Positions 30,359 to 39,269 of a stretch of DNA of 64,000 nucleotides are shown here, piece after piece; the first letter of the stretch is position 1; each line of letters opens with the position of its first letter. The notes under the pieces were generated by a model, which ran no database searches, was not told the origin of the DNA, and saw only the letters and a list, made by a program, of their open reading frames with translations. Source of the DNA: Minisyncoccota bacterium (GTDB lineage: Bacteria > Patescibacteriota > Minisyncoccia > Phycocordibacterales > Phycocordibacteraceae); the NCBI GenBank assembly GCA_022842945.1, contig JALHOO010000002.1, positions 25,030 through 89,029 on the forward strand. Reading direction: 5' to 3'. The translations under genes were made by a program, and so were the position numbers.

Positions 30359-31018
30359 TTAGCTCTTACTCATTCTTGAGGCTCGCAAAGTCTCCATTCT
30401 AGCAACGAGTTTCTTTTCGTTGAAAGCACGCAAGCCATCGACTTGCATGAAGAACGGTGTGTCGAAAACACCGTCGTGGAGATACGTGAGTGGGTTATCT
30501 TCTGACATCGTATCCCCTAGGATAGTTTTGTAGCGCTCTAGAGAAGAAGAATCCAGGTTGAAGCAAAGATGTTTCGAATCAAAGTGTACGCCCATAACTT
30601 CAACTGGCTGTGTAATTTTTTTCAACTCTATCGAACTAACTCCAGACCAAGGAAGGAATATCAAACGATCCTTTACATAAGAAGTGGGGCGGAAATAGAA
30701 GCCTGATTCAAACGCCACGAACGCTGGATATGTTCTACGTGCTGATCTTAAGGCAGACTTGCAGGAAAATACTCCGGCTACAACAAAAAGTACCCCTAAA
30801 AGACCGAGGAACAAAAGGACGGGCGAGAACGTGTCTGTTGTAAGAATTAGGTAAAGAAGAAATCCACCTATTCCAAGCATAAGGACTCCAAAAATTGCCT
30901 TGGGCAATGCAGAGTACCGCAAGACATACAATGCTTCTTTGGTACTAAAGTCTGCGTGTGTTCCGTACAAGACCGGCAACTGCTCATTCCGTAAGTGTGG
31001 AGGGATTGTGGTTTCCAT
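30359..31018 (-). CDS. Two-TM membrane protein with C-terminal bacterial PH-like (YdbT/DUF304-like) domain
   Basis: Two adjacent hydrophobic helices then a ~120-aa soluble domain. Family assignment tentative. Confidence 0.35.
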   Translation of the reverse strand: METTIPPHLRNEQLPVLYGTHADFSTKEALYVLRYSALPKAIFGVLMLGIGGFLLYLILTTDTFSPVLLFLGLLGVLFVVAGVFSCKSALRSARRTYPAFVAFESGFYFRPTSYVKDRLIFLPWSGVSSIELKKITQPVEVMGVHFDSKHLCFNLDSSSLERYKTILGDTMSEDNPLTYLHDGVFDTPFFMQVDGLRAFNEKKLVARMETLRASRMSKS

Positions 31019-31128
31019 AATGAAATCATATCACTTTTGACTGTCCCATGAATCTACTACCCGAAGGAGAAGTGAGGAGCTCGTTTGTATCAAAGAGGTT
31101 CTAACTCGGGTAAGTCACTTCCACCTAA

Positions 31129-31155
31129 TTTCAAAAGGACCCGAAAGGGTCCTTT
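31129..31155. terminator. Hairpin AAAAGGACCC-GAAA-GGGTCCTTTT after the second pilin gene
   Basis: 10-bp stem with U-tracts on both strands. Confidence 0.65.
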
Positions 31156-31178
31156 TGTGTTGGTGAGATGTCTAACAC

Positions 31179-31622
31179 CTATCTACATGTCGACTGGCTT
31201 CCTCCACGAAGGTACACTCCCCACCCACAGGGCGATCCTGAGCCTTTCCCACACCACCCTGCAACCGTTTCCGTGTACGCAAGCGTGATCTGTCCCGATG
31301 CGTCACTGCAGTATCGATATTCAGTGTCTGAAGGACTCCTTGGACTCTGCGGATCCCTCGGAAGCGCACTTATGTAGGTTGGGACAAGTGCTGTGAGATT
31401 GGTTGCAACAAACGAAGTGGTATACGCCGGGTATGCATTGTTTGCATTGTGGTAGAGCTCAAGCGCAAGCTGCAGTTGATTCATGTCAGCTATTCGCTTT
31501 GTATCACGTGCCTTGATGCGTGCTGTGTTGAGTGACGCGAGCACAACGGAAGAGAGAACGCCGATAATGGCAATAACCACCAAGAGCTCTATGAGAGTGA
31601 ATCCTCGAGTGTTACGGAACAT
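31179..31622 (-). CDS. Second type IV pilin paralog (N-terminus near-identical to pilA, divergent Cys-containing C-terminus)
   Basis: MFRNTRGFTLIELLVVIAIIGVLSSVVLASLNTAR. Start moved to the internal Met. Confidence 0.75.
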   Translation of the reverse strand: MFRNTRGFTLIELLVVIAIIGVLSSVVLASLNTARIKARDTKRIADMNQLQLALELYHNANNAYPAYTTSFVATNLTALVPTYISALPRDPQSPRSPSDTEYRYCSDASGQITLAYTETVAGWCGKGSGSPCGWGVYLRGGSQSTCR

Positions 31623-31869
31623 ACACTTGTGTTGATGGCGGAACCGGGGGTAACTCAACCGGTTCGTCACTGCCGCCGAATGACGCCCACACAACACCAA
31701 TGGCTACGAGCACGGCGATGCCTATTATCCACACAAGAACTATCTCTGCCTCCTTGGTAGTCTTTGCGAGACCCGCCTTCTTTACGTAGGTAATGAATGC
31801 ACTGTCACCCGCAACATTCCCCGGTGTTGTGCCGTAGCTTTTTTCTTCTTCGAACAGTACGTTTCCCAT
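31612..31869 (-). CDS. Small single-TM protein upstream of the pilin paralog
   Basis: ~85 aa from the internal Met. One TM helix. Pro-rich C-terminal tail. Confidence 0.3.
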   Translation of the reverse strand: MGNVLFEEEKSYGTTPGNVAGDSAFITYVKKAGLAKTTKEAEIVLVWIIGIAVLVAIGVVWASFGGSDEPVELPPVPPSTQVYVP

Positions 31870-32064
31870 GGAATTAAGTATACCAGCCTCTGAAGTACGG
31901 ACGAGGCATGAATACCGCGCGCCCACGAGGTGTCGCCACGATAGAACGGCTCGAATATGTGGATCGAGTAGCGTAGGTTAGTCATAGACGGTGGAACTTA
32001 CGAAATAGTTTCCTAAGGCTGGCACAAGCAAAAGGCCCTTTTCGGGGCCTTTTGCTTGTTATGT

Positions 32065-32316
32065 CTACGCCCTGCGTACCATCTTCACGATCGCAAGGAG
32101 CACTACGGCTCCAAGAATCGCAACGAGGAAACTGTAGAGGTTGAATCCCTCGACTCCCTGAGCCCCAAGCATGTTCATAATCCAGCCGCCGAGTACCGCA
32201 CCAACGATACCAACAACGATATCAAGGAGAAGTCCCTGCTGACCGTTGGTTTTCATAATCATAGAGGCAATCCATCCTGCGAGAGCACCGAATACAATCC
32301 AAATGAGAAATTCCAT
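32065..32316 (-). CDS. GlsB/YeaQ/YmgE family (transglycosylase-associated) stress membrane protein
   Basis: 83 aa with a characteristic Gly-rich 3-TM pattern (GALAGWIAS..., GIVGAVLGGWI). Confidence 0.7.
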   Translation of the reverse strand: MEFLIWIVFGALAGWIASMIMKTNGQQGLLLDIVVGIVGAVLGGWIMNMLGAQGVEGFNLYSFLVAILGAVVLLAIVKMVRRA

Positions 32317-32525
32317 ACGTGTTTGTTTAGTTAGTTAGATAGGCAGGCCATTTCCTACTGAGAATGTGCGCTATACACAACAGTTGCCATGTATCTAGTT
32401 GTTTACGGGTACCCAGCTAACTATACGCACGCAGCATGAAGTGTTCATTAACAGACCTTCTTCATGAAAGCCTTAGATACTCCTGTGTATGGTTCTCGGT
32501 ACTAGTAACTAACGAACCTGACACT

Positions 32526-32972
32526 ATGAGTAGAGCAACGACACTGTGGGTGCTATTAGGAATAGTAGTACTCGCCATCTTGGCCCTCATGGCCTTTGGT
32601 GCAAACCGTACTGCCGTTGAAGACATGGACAACAATCCGCCAGGCACCATGACGGCAACCGATAACTCTGCTATGGAGCGTGGTGCGGTCCGTACACAAG
32701 CAGCTATTGAGCTCTCTGCTCTTAAGGCACGTGCGCAGGCTGGCGAGACATATGATGCGCTTGCTGCAGACTTCGCAGATATCCGTGCACGTCTAGCCGC
32801 CTCATATGAGAACACAGAGAGTGCTGCAGCTGAGGAATGGGCACGACTTGCTGCAGACTTTGACGCTCTTGAAGCGGATGCGCGCGCAGGCACGAGCACC
32901 TTCCTCGATTCCCTCTCAAGCCTCCTCAGCCGATTCTCAGCTGACGTACGTGTTGAGACAACGAACGAATAG
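32526..32972 (+). CDS. Membrane-anchored Ala-rich alpha-helical protein, unknown function
   Basis: TM helix then an Ala/Asp/Glu-rich repeat-like region. Start moved to the internal Met (MSRATTLWVLLG). Confidence 0.35.
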   Translation: MSRATTLWVLLGIVVLAILALMAFGANRTAVEDMDNNPPGTMTATDNSAMERGAVRTQAAIELSALKARAQAGETYDALAADFADIRARLAASYENTESAAAEEWARLAADFDALEADARAGTSTFLDSLSSLLSRFSADVRVETTNE

Positions 32973-33935
32973 CTAGTCTCCCGCGAAGTGCGCGACAGCA
33001 ACCAGTTGCGCAACAACGAACAGAACGTAGAACCCAAGAAGCACAATGCCCTCTCCTCTGGAGACGCGGCATTTTGTGCGTGCAAAGAAGTACAAGCAGA
33101 CAAGGCCCGTACTCATAAGAATGGCTGTGGCGATAAACTGTGCAGGCTCAATAAAGAAGGTACCGCCCCAGAGCGCGAGACCTGCAAAGATAAGCGTGTT
33201 CATGGCCGCAGAGCCGAGATAGTTTCCAAAGGCTACCTCCGTCTGCTTCTTAGCGATACTGCGAAGCGCGATAACTAGTTCAGGTAGGTTCGTACCAACC
33301 GAAAGAAGGATAAGTCCTATAAGGGACGGCGGCACACTCAATGCATCCGCAAAGTATGACGCCTGCTCAACGAGAAAGCGGGCGGCAAGGAATATTGCAG
33401 CTCCTGCAACAAGAATGCGCCACACATCCGCACGAGGTTTCTCTTCCTCTTCGGGGCGTTTCTCAATAGCGAATGTGGTCTTTGCACGATCGCGGTAGAG
33501 CGAGTACACCACCGTCCCGTACGCAAGAAGCGCGAGACCGCCCTCAGTCTTCGTTACATCTCCATCAAGTACCAAAAGCACCGGCAGGAGCGTTAAGAGA
33601 AGCATGAACAACAGGTTCTTGTCTGAAAGCGCTCCCTTAAGCGCCACACCCCTTCCAGCAACCGCAAGTAGCGGAACAATAAAGAGAAGGAGTACGAAGG
33701 ATGCACCAATAAGGTTTCCAACAGAGACTCCCGGAACGTTTGTCAGTCCCGAGTTTATGGCAACCGATATCTCGCCAATGGAGGTGAGGAGTCCGAGCAC
33801 AAAGAAGGCGGTGATGAATCCCGTCTTCTGATACCGGCGTGCAAGGCGCACAACCGCATCAACCAGCACCCCTGCAAAGAACCAAACGATAGCAATCGAC
33901 AGTATAAATATAACGATGTGGACGAAGGCATTCAT
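32973..33935 (-). CDS. CaCA-family cation/H+ (Na+/Ca2+) exchanger (YrbG-like)
   Basis: ~10 TM segments with two alpha-repeats (GNYLGSAAMNTLIF-like). Confidence 0.65.
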   Translation of the reverse strand: MNAFVHIVIFILSIAIVWFFAGVLVDAVVRLARRYQKTGFITAFFVLGLLTSIGEISVAINSGLTNVPGVSVGNLIGASFVLLLFIVPLLAVAGRGVALKGALSDKNLLFMLLLTLLPVLLVLDGDVTKTEGGLALLAYGTVVYSLYRDRAKTTFAIEKRPEEEEKPRADVWRILVAGAAIFLAARFLVEQASYFADALSVPPSLIGLILLSVGTNLPELVIALRSIAKKQTEVAFGNYLGSAAMNTLIFAGLALWGGTFFIEPAQFIATAILMSTGLVCLYFFARTKCRVSRGEGIVLLGFYVLFVVAQLVAVAHFAGD

Positions 33936-33951
33936 GGTTGTATTCTAGCGC

Positions 33952-34500
33952 CTACCCAGTAAGCAACACCTTAAACGCAAGCAGGATAATAATAGCGGCG
34001 CCAACCAGCTCTACCCGGTTCCCAAGAAGGTGCTTCCCCTTCTTGCCTATATAGACTCCAAGAAGCGCCATAAGGAACGTAACCACACCAATGGTGGTAA
34101 GCGCGAGAAGAAGATCTATATCTATGAAGTTGAAGGTAACGCCAACAACAAAAGCATCGATGCTCGTAGCGAACGCAAGAAAGAGAAGAGTCTTGGTGTG
34201 CGCAATATCCTTCTCATGCTCCGTGTCCTCCTTCTCAAAGGCCTCAAGCACCATCTTCCCGCCAACCAGCATAAGGAGCACAAACCCAATAATGTGGCCG
34301 TAGGCTAGAAGAGGCTCCCGGAACCCAGTACCGAGCAAAAAGCCCGCGAACGGCATAAGCACCTGGAACCCTCCAAAGAACCCCGCAATCTTTAGCGTAC
34401 GCATCCACCCCACCCGAGCAAGCACCCCTGCCCCAACCGCCACTATGGCAGCATCGAGCGCGACACTGATGGCCACAAGGAGAATCTCGGGGAACGACAT
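33952..34500 (-). CDS. mntP: Manganese efflux pump MntP family
   Basis: 182 aa, six TM helices, duplicated DUF204 halves. Confidence 0.6.
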   Translation of the reverse strand: MSFPEILLVAISVALDAAIVAVGAGVLARVGWMRTLKIAGFFGGFQVLMPFAGFLLGTGFREPLLAYGHIIGFVLLMLVGGKMVLEAFEKEDTEHEKDIAHTKTLLFLAFATSIDAFVVGVTFNFIDIDLLLALTTIGVVTFLMALLGVYIGKKGKHLLGNRVELVGAAIIILLAFKVLLTG

Positions 34501-34536
34501 TACCGTGCCAGCATACCATTTAGACCCTCCGCTACC

Positions 34537-34565
34537 TTGTTTATGGCCTATTTACGTGCTAGAAT
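34537..34565 (+). promoter_or_regulatory. Sigma-70-type promoter for infC: -35 TTGTTT, 17-nt spacer, -10 TAGAAT
   Basis: Hexamers and spacing read directly. ~17 nt upstream of the infC AUU start. Confidence 0.55.
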
Positions 34566-34582
34566 GCAGATACGCACGAGAC

Positions 34583-35164
34583 ATTTTGAGTACCAACACT
34601 GATCGAATCCGCATAAACCGCGAAATCCGGGCACCCAAGCTTCGGGTTATAGGCGCTGAGGGAGAAAACCTCGGCGTTCTCGACACGGACGATGCCCTCG
34701 GAAGGGCGCAAACACTAGGTCTAGACCTCATTGAGATCTCGCCGAACGCTGCCCCTCCCGTTGCGAAAATCATGGATTATGGTAAATTCGAGTACGAGCG
34801 GAGCAAGAAAGAAAGTGCGGCACGATCGAAGGTAAAGGTCTCAGAAACCAAGGAAGTCCAAATCAAAGTAGGGACCGGAGACAATGACATGCGCCTCAAG
34901 GCCAAGAAGGCAGCCGAATGGCTCGCCGACGGGCACCGAGTGCGCATGGAGCTGTTTTTGAAGGGTCGCTACAAGGGTATGGACGAAGCCTTCCTGAAGA
35001 CCCGCCTCGAAAAGTTCATGCTCATGATCCCGTACGCCTACAAGATAGCTGAGCCCGTGACCCGCGCACCGAAAGGATTCGCCGCGATAATCGAGCGAGA
35101 CGCTAAGGCAGCCGTTCCAACGAAGAAGCCCGAGAGTCCTGAAACAGAAACAACCCCAGCATGA
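34583..35164 (+). CDS. infC: Translation initiation factor IF-3, non-canonical ATT (or adjacent TTG) start
   Basis: IF-3 N- and C-domains (RINREIRAPKLRVIGAEGENLGV...). No in-frame ATG near the conserved N-terminus. In-frame ATT at 34583. Upstream ORF-track residues overlap mntP and are not IF-3. Confidence 0.8.
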   Translation: MLSTNTDRIRINREIRAPKLRVIGAEGENLGVLDTDDALGRAQTLGLDLIEISPNAAPPVAKIMDYGKFEYERSKKESAARSKVKVSETKEVQIKVGTGDNDMRLKAKKAAEWLADGHRVRMELFLKGRYKGMDEAFLKTRLEKFMLMIPYAYKIAEPVTRAPKGFAAIIERDAKAAVPTKKPESPETETTPA

Positions 35165-35352
35165 AAACAAACAAGTCATACACCAAGCGCATAAAAGTGA
35201 CCCGTAACGGGACGCTTATTGCTCGCAAGCCGGGTCAGGACCACTTCAACGCAAAGGAGCGTGGCCGCACCAAGGGCGTAAAGCGTCGCTCGAACCTCCT
35301 TACGGTTCCAAAGCGCATCGTCCGCCAGTTCCTCAGCAAGACAACCGCATAA
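35161..35352 (+). CDS. rpmI: 50S ribosomal protein L35
   Basis: 63 aa, Lys/Arg-rich. 4-nt overlap with infC. Confidence 0.85.
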   Translation: MKTNKSYTKRIKVTRNGTLIARKPGQDHFNAKERGRTKGVKRRSNLLTVPKRIVRQFLSKTTA

Positions 35353-35372
35353 TTTCAGTAATTACTTAACGT

Positions 35373-35723
35373 ATGGCACGAGTAAAAGGAGGAGTCGCAT
35401 CGGCAAAGCGCCGCCGAAACATATTGGTACGCGCCAAGGGCTATCGCCATGGCCGTTCTACGAAGGTGCGTCTCGCGAAGGAGTCCCTCGTACACGCAGG
35501 CAAGAACGCCTTCAACCACCGCCGCGACAAGAAGACGGACTTCCGCCAGCTTTGGATCGTACGCTTGAACGCTGCTATCCGCGACCTCGGCTACAAGTCA
35601 TACAGCACCTTCATTGCTGCTAAGGCAAAGGCTGGTATTGAGCTCGACCGCAAGGTGCTCGCAACCCTCGCTGCACAGGAGCCAGAAGTGTTCGCACGCG
35701 TTGCCGCAAAGATTCAGGGCTAA
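35373..35723 (+). CDS. rplT: 50S ribosomal protein L20
   Basis: MARVKGGVASAKRRRNILVRAKGYRHGRS. Confidence 0.9.
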   Translation: MARVKGGVASAKRRRNILVRAKGYRHGRSTKVRLAKESLVHAGKNAFNHRRDKKTDFRQLWIVRLNAAIRDLGYKSYSTFIAAKAKAGIELDRKVLATLAAQEPEVFARVAAKIQG

Positions 35724-35739
35724 TACCCTCCCCTATTTC

Positions 35740-35780
35740 GCAAAGCAAAAGCCCCGCACATGCGGGGCTTTTGCTTTGCA
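35740..35780. terminator. Strong bidirectional intrinsic terminator GCAAAGCAAAAGCCCCGCA-CA-TGCGGGGCTTTTGCTTTGC
   Basis: 19-bp perfect stem with flanking A/T runs. Follows rplT and the convergent EamA gene. Confidence 0.8.
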
Positions 35781-35815
35781 TTGCACTGCCCGTGAGTATG
35801 AATGCGTTCTCTGTA

Positions 35816-36229
35816 CTAGATAAGCAAGATGGCGCCGAGCGCTATGAGGAGTGCACCAAGCAGGGCCTTCCAGGTGAACTGAGTACCGAGGAATAGTATC
35901 GAGAACACCAGTACGAATAGGACACTAGTGCGATCAATCGCGGACACACTCGGCGCGGGACCGAGCTTCAAAGCAGCGAACATACAGAGCCAGGAGAGTG
36001 CTCCGGCGATACCCGAGAGTGCGATAAAGAGAAGTGCTTTATTCGGCGGAAGGTTCCCTAAATCAAACTTCCCCACCGATAGTGCGACAACAATTAAGAA
36101 TGCCGCCATGATAATGGCACGCAGTGTCGTAGCGAACGTTGTATCCACGTCCTGCAAGCCAATCTTTGCAAAGATAGTTACCAGACCAGCAAAGGCAGCG
36201 CCAGCGAGCGCGAAGAGTATCCAGGGCAT
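35816..36229 (-). CDS. EamA/DMT-family small membrane transporter
   Basis: ~137 aa, 4 TM helices. Start moved to the internal Met to avoid a 40-nt overlap. Confidence 0.55.
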   Translation of the reverse strand: MPWILFALAGAAFAGLVTIFAKIGLQDVDTTFATTLRAIIMAAFLIVVALSVGKFDLGNLPPNKALLFIALSGIAGALSWLCMFAALKLGPAPSVSAIDRTSVLFVLVFSILFLGTQFTWKALLGALLIALGAILLI

Positions 36230-36258
36230 AGGTGAGGAGATGATGGTTGTTCTAAAAA

Positions 36259-37647
36259 CTATGATAGCTTCGTAGCTCCCTCCTTCGTTATCTCCCATAC
36301 CTCATCCTTGCTCGGTACGATTGCCTTGGCACCAAGGAAATCATGGATCCTCTGTGCAAGGAATCTCTGTGCAGACGGTTCGCCGATAGAAACAAAGATA
36401 GCTTTAGCGCGCGGAAGCGTCCCTTCTGCGAACTTGAGGAGTCCTTCCCTGTCCGCATGCGCAGACCAGCTTGTAAGGCTCTCAACCGTTGCCTTGACCT
36501 TAACTTCCCTGCCGTCGAGCTTAACCTTCGGAGAGCCGTCCTGCAGAAGTCTTCCGGGGCTCCCTGGAGCCTGGTATCCAACAATGAAGAGGGTTGTCTT
36601 AGGGTCTGGAAGATACTTCGCTTCCCATTTGCCGATGCGTCCCCCATGACTCATGCCTGCTCCTGCAATAATGAGTTTTGGATTGGGCTCTCCGGCAATA
36701 GTCTCCGAATCTTCTCGCGAAGGCGTCATGGTGAGGAACGGGAACCTAAAGATACTTCCCTCCTTCCGGGTCTCTGCCTTCGCCTCGTCATTAAAATACT
36801 CTCCCGCATGCTTCTCATAGATATCCGTCACACCAATAGCAAGCGGTGAGTCGAGGAACACCGGGAACTTCGGAATCTCCCCTGCCTCCATGAGGTTCGA
36901 GATCTCGTAGAGCATGAGCTGGGTGCGCTCCATGGAGAACGCGGGCATGAGAATCGTTCCGCCACGAGCAAGCGCTCTTTTTAGCGCATCGCGTAGCTGG
37001 GGAACCCTTTGGTCCACATGCTCATGCAAGCGATCTCCATAAACCGCCTCCATGATTACGGCATCCGCATCAGGCACCATCTCCGTCTCGCGTAGGTACG
37101 GATTCGGAGAATTCCCAAGATCTCCCGTAAAGGCAACGGTGGTGCCGTCTGCGTCCTTGATGCGTACACTTGCGGCACCAAGGATGTGTCCCGTATCGCG
37201 AAGATAAATAGAGAGTCCTGGAGCAACGGTACGTTCTTCGTGGTACGGAATAGTCTCTACGAGCTCTAATAGACGCTCAACGTCAGCCTCCTGGTACAGA
37301 GGGTCCCTGCCATAGCGCTTCGCTTCTTGCGCGAGCAGGCTCACGCTATCTGAGAGCATAAGCGCCATAAGGTCGCGCGTCGCTTCCGTCATGTACACCT
37401 TACCCCCAAAGCCTTCGCGCACGAGCTTTGGGGCACGACCTATATGGTCGAGGTGCGCATGCGTAATAACAAGGGCGTCTATAGAACTCGCATCGAACGG
37501 GAACGGCGCATACATGCACTCCACACAAAAGTCCCTTCCCTGCTCAAGCCCGGCATCAACAAGGAGAATCCCCTCAGACCCCTCTACAAGGAAATTCGAG
37601 CCCGTAACGGAGCCTGCACCCCCATGGAACGTTATGCGGAATGCCAT
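36259..37647 (-). CDS. MBL-fold metallo-hydrolase of the beta-CASP RNA-metabolising family (RNase J/CPSF-like)
   Basis: HAHLDH motif (VITHAHLDHIG). 462 aa with a beta-CASP/RMMBL-like C-terminal half. Confidence 0.7.
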   Translation of the reverse strand: MAFRITFHGGAGSVTGSNFLVEGSEGILLVDAGLEQGRDFCVECMYAPFPFDASSIDALVITHAHLDHIGRAPKLVREGFGGKVYMTEATRDLMALMLSDSVSLLAQEAKRYGRDPLYQEADVERLLELVETIPYHEERTVAPGLSIYLRDTGHILGAASVRIKDADGTTVAFTGDLGNSPNPYLRETEMVPDADAVIMEAVYGDRLHEHVDQRVPQLRDALKRALARGGTILMPAFSMERTQLMLYEISNLMEAGEIPKFPVFLDSPLAIGVTDIYEKHAGEYFNDEAKAETRKEGSIFRFPFLTMTPSREDSETIAGEPNPKLIIAGAGMSHGGRIGKWEAKYLPDPKTTLFIVGYQAPGSPGRLLQDGSPKVKLDGREVKVKATVESLTSWSAHADREGLLKFAEGTLPRAKAIFVSIGEPSAQRFLAQRIHDFLGAKAIVPSKDEVWEITKEGATKLS

Positions 37648-37991
37648 ATGGTAAAGCGAGCTAGGACGTACGCACTGCTCATGCCAAGCGCATCCATGAG
37701 TAAATCAAGCGAGGTATCGAAGACAAAGTTCAATTCCCTCTGTGCGTTAATAGAGAGTTCAAACAACTCCCATCCAACCGCAATAGCGAGCATGCCTCCA
37801 AGGAACACCAGGGCACGCTTCTTCTTAAGAAGCGCGATGCCAAACACCCCAACCGTAAGACCGCCAACAAAATGCATCAAGGTATCGAACCAAGGGTAAT
37901 ACCAGTACCACAGATTCGCCAGCGCATTGTGCTGGAGGTAGGTGAGGAGCGAAGCTAAGACAAGAGCGGCAAGGAGCCAGTACAAACGCAT
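37632..37991 (-). CDS. Hypothetical Trp/Tyr-rich membrane protein
   Basis: 119 aa, 3-4 TM helices. Confidence 0.4.
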   Translation of the reverse strand: MRLYWLLAALVLASLLTYLQHNALANLWYWYYPWFDTLMHFVGGLTVGVFGIALLKKKRALVFLGGMLAIAVGWELFELSINAQRELNFVFDTSLDLLMDALGMSSAYVLARFTIWHSA

Positions 37992-38232
37992 AGTCCCTAA
38001 ACTGTAGCATGGCCTCTAAAGAGAAATCCCCTAGCGTAGTGCTAGAGGATTTCTATAGAACCGCCCCTGTGTGGCAACTTTTTGAAGCCACGTGGGTGCC
38101 CGCATCGCGCGACGTCGAGCGTCCGAAGACGCGTACCGGAAACGCGGGATATAAGGCTCCCGAGATTGATTCAAGTTGCGTTTTAGGAGCGGCTCCACAA
38201 GAAGTATATCGCTCCTAGAATGGAGAGGCAAA

Positions 38233-38264
38233 AACAAAGGCCCGAGAGTCTCGGGCCTTTGTTT
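38233..38264. terminator. Hairpin AAACAAAGGCCCGAGA-GTC-TCGGGCCTTTGTTT downstream of ndk
   Basis: Perfect stem with U-runs on both strands. Confidence 0.65.
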
Positions 38265-38277
38265 AAGCAAGAATGGA

Positions 38278-38886
38278 TTATTCCATTATCCCGTCGAGGT
38301 TCACGTCGTAGAGAATCTGGTCATCTACAAGGCGGTAGGAGATGAGTTCTTCCGGAGTGAACCAGAGGTTGATTTCAGCCTCAGCGTTCTCAGGTGTATC
38401 TGAGCAGTGGATGAGGTTGCGCACCGCACGGTCATCAACCGCAGCAATGTTGTACGAGTCGATGGTGTAATCGCCACGGATCGTACCCACGTCAGACGTT
38501 GCTGGCTCAGTACCACCCACAAGCTTTGTAACAACCGCCACCGCTGAGTTTCCTTCCCACGCCATCATAACAACCGGACCGCTCGTCATGAATTTCTCAA
38601 GCGCGCGAATAATGTCCTTTCCGTACTCGATAGGCTCCTTCTCAGCAGAAAGACCCGCTGCCGCACGGTCCTCGGCAATCTTGGTACCCTTCTTTATGAA
38701 CCACGCATCATCCTTACTGTAGTGCTTCCAGATGCGGTCGCTATCAAGAACGGTAAGCTTCATACCTACAAGCTTGAGTCCTGTACGTTCAAAGCGCTTA
38801 ATAATCTCTCCGATGAGGGAGCGCTGTACGCCATCAGGCTTCACAATAACGAAGGTGCGCTCGAGCTTTGGGTGTGGAATTGGCAT
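38278..38886 (-). CDS. ndk: Nucleoside diphosphate kinase (long form with insertion)
   Basis: ERTFVIVKPDGVQR and catalytic-His region NLIHCSD. Confidence 0.75.
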   Translation of the reverse strand: MPIPHPKLERTFVIVKPDGVQRSLIGEIIKRFERTGLKLVGMKLTVLDSDRIWKHYSKDDAWFIKKGTKIAEDRAAAGLSAEKEPIEYGKDIIRALEKFMTSGPVVMMAWEGNSAVAVVTKLVGGTEPATSDVGTIRGDYTIDSYNIAAVDDRAVRNLIHCSDTPENAEAEINLWFTPEELISYRLVDDQILYDVNLDGIME

Positions 38887-38962
38887 AAGAATAATTGAAA
38901 GTGCGCCTCTGGCGCTTGATATACGGGCACTATACTACAGCGACAAAAGCCTGTCAGCTTGG

Positions 38963-39265
38963 CTATTTCTCTCCCTTGAGAATTACCCTGCTCTCAAACC
39001 CTCCGCGTTCTTCGCGCTTAGCAAGGCGTACTGCCTCAACATCTGCGTACTCAGGCAGCAGTTTAAGAGCTGCAATAACCTCAAGCACATCACCTAGTTC
39101 TTCAACAGACGTTACTTCGGAAAACTCTCCTGCTTCCTCAACGAGCTTCTTAACAAGCTCGATCTTATACTCGTCAGGGTCAGCGATACGTTTTTCGTAC
39201 GCAACACCTTTTGCGTCCAGCAGCTCAGGAATCCCGTCCCGAACCAGCTTCTCGTAATGAGTCAT
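38963..39265 (-). CDS. MazG-like nucleotide pyrophosphohydrolase (small all-alpha NTP-PPase)
   Basis: Internal-Met product MTHYEKLVRDGIPELL... with EExxE-type metal-binding helices. ORF-track N-terminus overlaps map and was rejected. Confidence 0.55.
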   Translation of the reverse strand: MTHYEKLVRDGIPELLDAKGVAYEKRIADPDEYKIELVKKLVEEAGEFSEVTSVEELGDVLEVIAALKLLPEYADVEAVRLAKREERGGFESRVILKGEK

Positions 39266-39269
39266 GAGT

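Noticed and set aside
32462-33103. 213-aa minus-strand ORF
   Set aside because: Antisense to the Ala-rich plus-strand gene and overlaps the CaCA gene end. Ala/Ser/Arg shadow frame.
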